A stretch of 28,084 nt of DNA from Methylophagaceae bacterium (lineage in GTDB: Bacteria; Pseudomonadota; Gammaproteobacteria; Nitrosococcales; Methylophagaceae): positions 1 to 28,084 of the forward strand of contig JBLIKM010000001.1 in the NCBI GenBank assembly GCA_047636295.1, written 5' to 3'. Shown here in pieces: positions 20,826 to 28,084 of this stretch. Each line of letters opens with the position of its first letter. Within the stretch, counting starts at the first letter, position 1. The notes under the pieces were generated by a model that saw only the letters and a list, made by a program, of their open reading frames with translations, did not search any database and was not told the origin of the DNA. The translations under genes and the position numbers were made by a program.

Positions 20826-21551
20826 CTAGTCGGCAAATACATCAAAATCATCTTTTGGTGGATTACCATCATAGACAAGGTTTTGACGACGTTGCTGATA
20901 GGCATTTCGAACGTAGCTATATTCATCTAGCGCTGCTTCGTCAAGTACATTTTTAATACTTAGATTATTGGCGCGACTATCAATAACCTGTGTGGCGATA
21001 AATGCACCGCGCGTTCCAGTGTCATCGATATAGGTCACTGGGTCGGTATACCTATCACCGATTAAACCAACGGTATCGCGGAAATTACGTGGGCCTAAGA
21101 TAGGTAAAACTACATAAGGACCGGGTTGAATGCCCCAAACACCAAGTGTCTGGCCAAAATCTTCATTATTTTTTTCATGTCCAGCGAACGTTGCAACATC
21201 CAATATTCCGGCGAAGCCGACGGTAGTATTTAACGCAAAACGACCTGTGTCATTTAAAGCTTGACCAAATTTAAATTGAAGTAAATTATTTAAAATAACG
21301 GTGATATCATTCAGGTTTCTGAAAAAGTTACTAACACCTTGGCTTATTCCTGTTGGCACAACCGTATCGTAACCTATAGCAACAGGTTTAATGACCGCAC
21401 GGTCAACCGCATCATTAAATGAGTACATTGCGCGGTTATAACCTTCTAATGGGTCATTAACGCCATCGACTCTGTTTGCTGTCGCACAACCAGTTAGTAG
21501 TATGATGCCAGTTAAAATACCGACTTTAATGAATAATGTGATCTTAGGCAC
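20826..21551 (-). CDS. mlaA: VacJ/MlaA lipoprotein
   Basis: Lipobox LTG-C, DPLEGYNR, EDFGQTLGVWG..PGPYVVLPILGP. Confidence 0.95.
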   Translation of the reverse strand: MPKITLFIKVGILTGIILLTGCATANRVDGVNDPLEGYNRAMYSFNDAVDRAVIKPVAIGYDTVVPTGISQGVSNFFRNLNDITVILNNLLQFKFGQALNDTGRFALNTTVGFAGILDVATFAGHEKNNEDFGQTLGVWGIQPGPYVVLPILGPRNFRDTVGLIGDRYTDPVTYIDDTGTRGAFIATQVIDSRANNLSIKNVLDEAALDEYSYVRNAYQQRRQNLVYDGNPPKDDFDVFAD

Positions 21552-21702
21552 GTCTTTTATCCTGATTTTTTGAGGTTATCATTGGGGGGATAATGGCATG
21601 GACGGCGTTTTGGAGCAAGTTCGAGTGGTGTTTTATCCTCACAACGATCTGTTTAGTTGTTTTTTTACCACAGAAAGGTGTTAGGGATGGCTGCGATAGA
21701 CA

Positions 21703-22743
21703 TTAAAATTGATGGCTGATGCCATCATTATTCGAAGATTTATCCCTAGCATTGTTATACATTAATTCAGCAAAAATCTGCGTGCAGGCTTGCCAGTTAC
21801 GTTGCTTAGCAAATTCTACGCAAGCCACCTTATCTAATTGTAAAGCGTTTATGACTGCTGTTTTAAGATCGTCATCCAAATAACCCACCCGCCCATGTTC
21901 AATAACATCCTTAGGTCCCGTTACTGGATAAGCGGCAACCGGTACGCCACAGGCTAGTGCTTCTAGTAAAACTAAGCCGAATGTGTCCGTTTTACTTGGG
22001 AATACAAATACATCTGCTGCGGCGAGCCAAGAAGCGAGTTCATGACCAAATTTGGCACCGGTAAATAGTACATCAGGATATTTTTTCCTCAGCATATCAA
22101 GATCAGGCCCATCGCCAACAACGACTTTACTGCCAGGCAAATCAAGTAACAAAAAGGCTTCAATATTTTTTTCGATCGCAACTCGGCCCATGTTGAGCGT
22201 AATCGGCCTCGGCAAGTCTATCAGTTGAGGATTATTAGGTTTAAATATGGAGGTATCTACACCACGTCCCCAGACATGAACATGATTAAAACCATGTGAC
22301 TGTAAGCGCTGTTTTTGAGATTCAGTCGGCACTAGTGTATGAACCGCTCTATTATGAAAACGGCGAAACCAAGTGTAAGTCCAGCTGAGTGGAATCGGTA
22401 ATCTAAGCCGCACATATTCTGGAAACTGGGTGTGGTATGACGTGGTGAATTGCACCTTATTTCTGATGCACCATCGACGCGCTGCTATACCTAAAGGGCC
22501 TTCGGTAGCAATATGTACTGCATCGGCGTTGATTGCTGTTAAATCACTGGCTATTTTGCGACCTGGAAATAGGGCAAGAGGTATCGAAGGGTAAGAGGGA
22601 CAGGGAATAGTGTAATGACCTTCTGGCGTCAGTAAAAAAACGTCATGGCCCATTTTAATAAGATGGTTATAGGTTTGCTTTAGTGTTTGCACGACACCAT
22701 TCACTTGCGGTTGCCATGCATCAGTGACAATAACAATTTTCAT
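21703..22743 (-). CDS. GT4 glycosyltransferase, Agt-like diacylglycerol glycosyltransferase
   Basis: VTDAWQPQVNGVV, HIATEGPLG, TTSYHTQFPEY, PSKTDTFGLVLLEALACG; start directly abuts plcP stop. Confidence 0.85.
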   Translation of the reverse strand: MKIVIVTDAWQPQVNGVVQTLKQTYNHLIKMGHDVFLLTPEGHYTIPCPSYPSIPLALFPGRKIASDLTAINADAVHIATEGPLGIAARRWCIRNKVQFTTSYHTQFPEYVRLRLPIPLSWTYTWFRRFHNRAVHTLVPTESQKQRLQSHGFNHVHVWGRGVDTSIFKPNNPQLIDLPRPITLNMGRVAIEKNIEAFLLLDLPGSKVVVGDGPDLDMLRKKYPDVLFTGAKFGHELASWLAAADVFVFPSKTDTFGLVLLEALACGVPVAAYPVTGPKDVIEHGRVGYLDDDLKTAVINALQLDKVACVEFAKQRNWQACTQIFAELMYNNARDKSSNNDGISHQF

Positions 22744-23538
22744 TTAGGCTGCCTTGGTAAGGGTATTAGCTTCGTTGATAATATCGTTCCACTTCAAAAT
22801 TTCCATCGAACCATCGGGCCGTTCAATTAAAGCTGTGCAGCTTTCTACCCAATCGCCACAGTTAAAATAATCAATATCATGTAGACGTGTTATTTCGGCA
22901 CGATGAATATGACCACAAACAACACCATCAACTTTTTGTCTTGCCGCTTCATAGGCAACGGCTTCCTCGAAATTACTTATGTACTGAACGGCATTTTTTA
23001 CTTTGTGTTTTAGGAAGGCGGCAAGAGACCAGTAAGGAAAGCCGAGTTTACGGCGTACAAAATTGACCCAGCGATTAGCGCGGAGCAAATAGTCATATAA
23101 ACGACTACCCATTTTTGCAATAATGGGGGAACATTTGACCACGCCATCAAATTCATCACCATGAATAACAAGTAGTTTTTTGCCATCAGCAGTGGTGTGA
23201 ATTGTTTCATTTCTTATTTCAACATTGCCAAATATTGCACCATCGAAGTCGCGCAACATTTCGTCATGATTACCAGGGACATAAATAACCTTGGTGTTAT
23301 GTTTCGCTTTACCGAGAATAGTGCGAATAACATTATTGTGAGCTTGCGGCCAAAATACGCGCTTATTCATTTCCCAAATATCAATGATGTCGCCGACTAA
23401 ATATAAATAATCACATTCAATACGGTGAAGAAAATCAAGTAAAAAGTCAGCACTACAACCACGAAAACCCAGATGAACGTCTGATATCCAGACACTACGT
23501 ACTTTAATCGTTTCGTCTATGCTGAATGGTGTTTGCAT
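22744..23538 (-). CDS. plcP: PlcP-type metallophosphoesterase (phospholipase C; LpxH-like family)
   Basis: ISDVHLG, LVGDIID, PGNHD, HGD, GHIH, NCGDWVESCTA; paired with GT4 and preceded by Pho boxes. Confidence 0.8.
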   Translation of the reverse strand: MQTPFSIDETIKVRSVWISDVHLGFRGCSADFLLDFLHRIECDYLYLVGDIIDIWEMNKRVFWPQAHNNVIRTILGKAKHNTKVIYVPGNHDEMLRDFDGAIFGNVEIRNETIHTTADGKKLLVIHGDEFDGVVKCSPIIAKMGSRLYDYLLRANRWVNFVRRKLGFPYWSLAAFLKHKVKNAVQYISNFEEAVAYEAARQKVDGVVCGHIHRAEITRLHDIDYFNCGDWVESCTALIERPDGSMEILKWNDIINEANTLTKAA

Positions 23539-23569
23539 CGGGTACTCTTTGGCTTAAGATAATGGTAAT

Positions 23570-23625
23570 ACTATAACTAAGTACTATGACAAAACGATGA
23601 AGGATTTATGTCATTATGGTGACGA
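23570..23625 (-). promoter_or_regulatory. PhoB-dependent promoter: four Pho-box half-sites plus -10
   Basis: Minus strand TCGTCAC-cata-ATGACAT-aaat-CCTTCAT-cgtt-TTGTCAT (11-bp period, 23625-23586), 10 nt, then TATAGT (23575-23570). Confidence 0.8.
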
Positions 23626-23687
23626 CTAAACGTCCTCGTGTCGCATGACGTATAATCACTTTGTTATTAATTACTATGTGGAAGTTT

Positions 23688-25730
23688 ATGACCAATCCTT
23701 TATTAGACAATAATGAGTTCCCCGCTTTTTCAAAGATCAAACCTGAACATGTTGAGCCAGCGTTAAATCAGGCGTTGGAACAGGCAAAACAAACCGTCGA
23801 AGACTTGCTCAACAATCAAGATGAACCGACATGGCAATCATTAGTACTGCCGATGGAAGCGTTAGACGCTACTATTGATAAGGTTTGGTCACCTGTTAGT
23901 CACCTTAATTCGGTGATGAATTCAGATGAATTACGCGTTGCCTACAATGCTTGTTTACCAAAACTAAGTCAGTTTGGTACTGAGTTGGGGCAAAATGAAG
24001 ATTTATATAAAGCGTACAACGCCTTGGCAAATAGTCCTGCGTATGAACAATTAGATGTTGCACAAAAAAAAGTGATTGATAATGCGCTGCGTGATTTTCG
24101 TTTGTCGGGTGTTGAGTTGTCACAAAATGATCGCGACAAATTCAAACAGATTTCACAACAATTAACCGAGCTGACGGCTAAGTTTGAAGAAAACTTAATG
24201 GATGCGACTCATGCATGGAAAAAACATATTACTGACGAGGCCTTATTATCCGGTTTACCCGATTCGACTAAGGATATGGCAGCACAGTTTGCCCAACGCG
24301 ATGAATTAGATGGCTGGTTATTCACCTTGGATTTCCCTTCGTATATGCCCGTTATGTCTTATGCCGATGATCGTGACTTTCGTGAAGAAATGTACACGGC
24401 CTTTGCCACCAAAGCATCGGACCAAGGTCCGCATGCTGGGCAGTGGGATAACACTGAGATCATGGCTGATATTCTTAAATTACGTCATGAATTAGCACAG
24501 TTAATTGGTTTTGATAATCATGCAGAACGGTCATTAGCAACAAAAATGGCACAGTCACCACAGCAGGTGCTAGACTTTTTATGTGATCTTGCTGGGCGAT
24601 CTAAACCGATTGCAGAGCGAGAGTTCACTGAGTTAAAAGCTTATGCGAACGAACAAAATCCTGAAATTAGTGACTTAGAAGCGTGGGATGTCACTTATTA
24701 CGCAGAAAAATTGCGTCAACAACGTTATTCAATTTCACAAGAAGAGCTTAAACCTTATTTCCCTGAAGATAAGGTTGTATCAGGCTTGTTTGCTGTAGTG
24801 AATCGTCTTTATGGCTTAGATATTAAAGAACGCCATGATATCGATGTGTGGCATAAAGACGTACGCTTTTTTGAAATTTTTGATGACAAGGATGAATTAC
24901 GCGGTCAGTTTTATCTTGATTTGTATGCACGTAATCACAAACGTGGCGGTGCATGGATGGATGAATGTTATGTTCGTCGTCAAACGGAAGTGGGCATTCA
25001 AACTCCAGTGGCATTTTTGACATGTAATTTTTCTGAGCCTTTAGGTGATAAACCGGCTTTATTTAGCCATGATGAAGTCACTACTTTATTTCATGAGTTT
25101 GGTCATGGTTTGCATCATATGCTGACTAAAATTCATCATGCTGGCGTAGCAGGCATTAATGGCGTGGCCTGGGATGCGGTTGAGTTACCCAGTCAGTTTA
25201 TGGAAAACTGGGCATGGGAACGTGAAGCGTTAGATTTAATCTCAGGACATTTTGAAACGGGTGAAGTCTTGCCGCAAGGTTTATTCGACAAAATGATCGC
25301 TGCGCGTAATTTTCAGTCAGCGATGATTATGGTGCGTCAGCTAGAATTCTCATTATTTGATTTCCGTCTTCATCTTGAATTTAATCCTGAACAAGAAGAC
25401 CAAGTGGATAAAATATTAGCAGAAGTGCGTGACCAAGTTGCTGTTGTTAAACCACCCACTTTTAACCGCTTTGCTCACAGCTTTTCTCATATATTTGCAG
25501 GTGGTTATGCGGCCGGTTATTACAGCTACAAATGGGCTGAAGTGTTATCAGCCGATGCGTTTTCTAAGTTTGAAGAAAACGGGATTTTTGATCGCGCCAC
25601 TGGACTAGCCTTTTTGCAATCAATTTTAGAACAGGGCGGATCGCGCGAACCGATGGAGCTGTTTATTGAATTCCGAGGTCGTGAGCCAGAGATTGATGCT
25701 TTACTACGTCACAGCGGTATTGCAGCCTAA
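23688..25730 (+). CDS. prlC: Oligopeptidase A (M3 family)
   Basis: MTNPLL start, KRGGAWM, FHEFGHGLHH, VELPSQFMENW, YYSYKWAEVL. Confidence 0.96.
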   Translation: MTNPLLDNNEFPAFSKIKPEHVEPALNQALEQAKQTVEDLLNNQDEPTWQSLVLPMEALDATIDKVWSPVSHLNSVMNSDELRVAYNACLPKLSQFGTELGQNEDLYKAYNALANSPAYEQLDVAQKKVIDNALRDFRLSGVELSQNDRDKFKQISQQLTELTAKFEENLMDATHAWKKHITDEALLSGLPDSTKDMAAQFAQRDELDGWLFTLDFPSYMPVMSYADDRDFREEMYTAFATKASDQGPHAGQWDNTEIMADILKLRHELAQLIGFDNHAERSLATKMAQSPQQVLDFLCDLAGRSKPIAEREFTELKAYANEQNPEISDLEAWDVTYYAEKLRQQRYSISQEELKPYFPEDKVVSGLFAVVNRLYGLDIKERHDIDVWHKDVRFFEIFDDKDELRGQFYLDLYARNHKRGGAWMDECYVRRQTEVGIQTPVAFLTCNFSEPLGDKPALFSHDEVTTLFHEFGHGLHHMLTKIHHAGVAGINGVAWDAVELPSQFMENWAWEREALDLISGHFETGEVLPQGLFDKMIAARNFQSAMIMVRQLEFSLFDFRLHLEFNPEQEDQVDKILAEVRDQVAVVKPPTFNRFAHSFSHIFAGGYAAGYYSYKWAEVLSADAFSKFEENGIFDRATGLAFLQSILEQGGSREPMELFIEFRGREPEIDALLRHSGIAA

Positions 25731-25752
25731 ACACTAATCTAGTGCTTTGTAC

Positions 25753-25793
25753 AAAAAAAGGGCAACTCTTAATATTAAGAGTTGCCCTTTTTT
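25753..25793. terminator. Bidirectional terminator between prlC and yccA
   Basis: AAAAAAAGGGCAACTCTTAA-TA-TTAAGAGTTGCCCTTTTTT. Confidence 0.92.
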
Positions 25794-25809
25794 GTGCTGA
25801 AATTATGGC

Positions 25810-26481
25810 TTAGTCATCGCCTGACATTGCACCCATCAGATGCAGTAGGCTAGTAAATAAGTTAAAGATAGACACGTACAGTGTTACCGTTGCCATAATG
25901 TAGTTAGTTTCACCACCATTTATGATGCTGCTTGTTTGATACAAAATTAGTCCAGCCATCAATAATACGAACATCGCTGAAACCGCTAACGATAATCCTG
26001 GCATTTCAAAGAAGATGGCTCCTAAGCCTGCAACAAAGCCAACCAAAATCCCCACCATTAAAAACCCTCCCATAAAGCTAAAGTCTTTACGTGTTTTTAA
26101 TGCATATGCCGATAAACCAATAAACATTGCGCCAGTTGTTGCCATGGCATTCATCACAATTTGGCTACCATTTGGCAATGATAAATAGCTGCTTAAAATC
26201 GGCCCTAGGGTGTAACCCATAAAGCCTGTTAAGGCGAATACCGATACCAAGCCCGCTGTACTATTACGAAATTTATTGGTTAAAAATAGCAGGCCAAAAT
26301 AACCGATCAGTGTCAAAATGATACCGGGGTGAGGCAAGTTAAGACTCATTGATACGCTCGCGACTAACGCACTAAATAATAAAGTCATCGACAGCAGCAT
26401 ATAGGTGTTGCGAATCACTTTGTTGGTTGCGAGTATACCCAGCTGTTGTTGGTCTGAATAAAGTGTATTTGTCGTATTCAT
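25810..26481 (-). CDS. yccA: Bax inhibitor-1/YccA family membrane protein
   Basis: NKVIRNTYMLL, FTGFMGYTLGPIL, GETNYIMAT.TLYV..FN.F. Confidence 0.92.
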   Translation of the reverse strand: MNTTNTLYSDQQQLGILATNKVIRNTYMLLSMTLLFSALVASVSMSLNLPHPGIILTLIGYFGLLFLTNKFRNSTAGLVSVFALTGFMGYTLGPILSSYLSLPNGSQIVMNAMATTGAMFIGLSAYALKTRKDFSFMGGFLMVGILVGFVAGLGAIFFEMPGLSLAVSAMFVLLMAGLILYQTSSIINGGETNYIMATVTLYVSIFNLFTSLLHLMGAMSGDD

Positions 26482-26504
26482 GTTGTTTGTTCCTAATAAT
26501 AAGT

Positions 26505-26852
26505 CTAGGCCATTAAATGATTTCTTAACGGCAAGCTATGCCTTTGACGGGATTTTTTGCGTGTCACTTTTCGAGTCACAGCCGAGCTGGCCCGATCAGT
26601 TGCTTTATCAATCGCCGCATACATGTCATTTTCAGTATCTTCAATAATGACATCTGGCATACCGGGTAATACCACTTGAATATGGCAATGTTTGTCTTCA
26701 CCACCACGAGGGCCATTAATATCTGATAAACGGATCACAACTCGTCGAAGTTGATCTTTGCAACCAGAAAGTGATGACGTTAATTTTTGCTCTGCATATT
26801 TTTTCAAGGCTTTCGTTAACGTAAATGATCTAGCTTGTATATCAATTTGCAT
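26505..26852 (-). CDS. HPF/RaiA-family ribosome-associated protein (non-canonical subfamily)
   Basis: MQIDIQARSF.LT.AL..Y, LSDINGPRGGEDK.C, DMYAAID.A..R; GAGG RBS before ATG 26852. Confidence 0.85.
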   Translation of the reverse strand: MQIDIQARSFTLTKALKKYAEQKLTSSLSGCKDQLRRVVIRLSDINGPRGGEDKHCHIQVVLPGMPDVIIEDTENDMYAAIDKATDRASSAVTRKVTRKKSRQRHSLPLRNHLMA

Positions 26853-26937
26853 CGTTCTCTCCTCGTTGAAAAAAGTTATGCTTGAATAATAGATAAAATG
26901 AAGACACAATAAAACTCGAATTTTTAATACAGATTGC

Positions 26938-26950
26938 TCGGGAAATACGA
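26938..26950. promoter_or_regulatory. Candidate LysR (NhaR-type) binding site T-N11-A
   Basis: TCG-GGAAATA-CGA inverted repeat in the divergent hpf-like/LysR intergenic region. Confidence 0.45.
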
Positions 26951-26964
26951 AAGGTTATATAGAT

Positions 26965-27861
26965 ATGAACTATAAGCATTTACATTATTTTTGGACGGTA
27001 GCAAAAGAAGGCAGTATTACTAGGGCGAGCGGACGCCTAAACATTACATCTCAAACTATCAGCGGCCAATTAAGCCTATTAGAAGAGTATTACGGTGTAA
27101 AAATGTTTAATAAGGTTGGCAGAGGTCTTGAGTTATCAGATATTGGCAATCAAGTGATGAGCTATGCCGATGAGATTTTCTCCCTAGGCAGTGAGCTGGA
27201 ACAGATGTTACATGACCTGCCAATAGCGCGGCCACAACTCTTAAAAGTCGGCATTGTTGATGTTATCGCTAAATCCATCACTCATCAGATTTTATTACCA
27301 GCAGTAAAACAAGCCAATGTAATTAGAATGAACTGTCGTGAATCGGATCTTGATACCTTACTAGCTGAATTGACTTTGCATCGGCTAGATTTAGTGATCT
27401 CTGAACGACCTATTCCAGAAACAGTTAGCATGCGTGGGATTAGCAAAAAATTAGGTCAATCTTCTGTTAGCTTTTTTGCGACAGAAGCGCTGCAATCTCA
27501 GCTAATCGGCGAGTTTCCACACTGTTTGCATAACACTCCGATGCTGTTTCCGAATAGCCGCAACCATTTATGTTCTTCTATTGAGCAGTGGTTAACTAAG
27601 TATCACATCAAACCTAAGATTATCGCTGAATTTGATGATAGTGCTTTAATGAAAGCATTTGGCCGAGAAGGTGTCGGTGTTTTTACAGCCCCGACCGTAA
27701 TTCAGCAGGAAGTTGAACAGCAATATCAGGTTAAAGCGATTGGTAAAACTGATGAAATAGTCGAAGAGTTTTACGCTATTTATATTGAAAAACGAGTTAA
27801 TCCGCCCATCGTACAAGAGATTATTGAAACAGCACGCGAATCGCTATTTTCTAAAAAGTAA
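26965..27861 (+). CDS. nhaR: LysR-family transcriptional activator, NhaR-like
   Basis: MNYKHLHYFWTVAKEGSITRAS, QTISGQL..LE, EFDDSALMKAFG. Confidence 0.85.
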   Translation: MNYKHLHYFWTVAKEGSITRASGRLNITSQTISGQLSLLEEYYGVKMFNKVGRGLELSDIGNQVMSYADEIFSLGSELEQMLHDLPIARPQLLKVGIVDVIAKSITHQILLPAVKQANVIRMNCRESDLDTLLAELTLHRLDLVISERPIPETVSMRGISKKLGQSSVSFFATEALQSQLIGEFPHCLHNTPMLFPNSRNHLCSSIEQWLTKYHIKPKIIAEFDDSALMKAFGREGVGVFTAPTVIQQEVEQQYQVKAIGKTDEIVEEFYAIYIEKRVNPPIVQEIIETARESLFSKK

Positions 27862-27959
27862 TAAGCAGCTTGATTTCGATAAAAATCTAAAAGCTCACCT
27901 TATCAGTGATAAAGTATCACTTTTAAATGAACTAACTCATCGTTTCCCTGAGCCAGATT

Positions 27960-28084
27960 ATGAAATACACCGATTTACGTGACTTTATTGCCCACTTAGA
28001 ACTGCGAGGCGAACTTAAACGCATTAGCGTAGAAGTGGATCCTGTTTTAGAAATGACCGAAATCTGCGATCGTGTATTACGTGC
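27960..28084 (+). CDS. ubiD: Second copy of ubiD 5' end (partial, runs off right edge)
   Basis: [41 protein letters not shown], identical in protein to 2873-2997. Confidence 0.9.
   Translation, partial: MKYTDLRDFIAHLELRGELKRISVEVDPVLEMTEICDRVLR

Noticed and set aside
27785-27982. 65-aa ORF bridging nhaR and the second ubiD start
   Set aside because: Overlaps both genes out of frame; no recognisable features.

Overview
Gammaproteobacterial chromosomal segment, probably marine; the gene set is compatible with a Methylophaga-like organism (inference only). Left end (1-2809): an integron with an intI integrase whose first catalytic Arg is replaced by His, a candidate Pc, attI, a complete DUF4238 cassette with a VCR-like attC, and the start of a second FG-GAP/CRTAC1-like cassette not shown in the ORF track. 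The rest is mostly core genes: ubiD, gloA (truncated), PepSY-TM protein, an archaeal-type nucleotidyltransferase, gnd, an orphan encapsulin-type ferritin, DUF3622, DUF6524, guaAB, xseA, M23 peptidase, K+ channel, lptBAC (LptA fused to SH3b), kdsC/D, yrbG, mlaA, a Pho-box-controlled plcP-agt lipid-remodelling pair, prlC, yccA, an HPF/RaiA-like gene and an NhaR-like LysR. Two structural anomalies stand out. First, the ubiD 5' end recurs at the right edge (124/125 nt identical, 25,087 bp apart, identity starting at the ATG). Second, gloA is fused at a roughly 10-nt microhomology to the tail of an FMN-binding protein gene. Together they suggest an integron-bearing island integrated at the ubiD 5' end plus a tandem-duplication/circle junction, or an assembly/amplification chimera.
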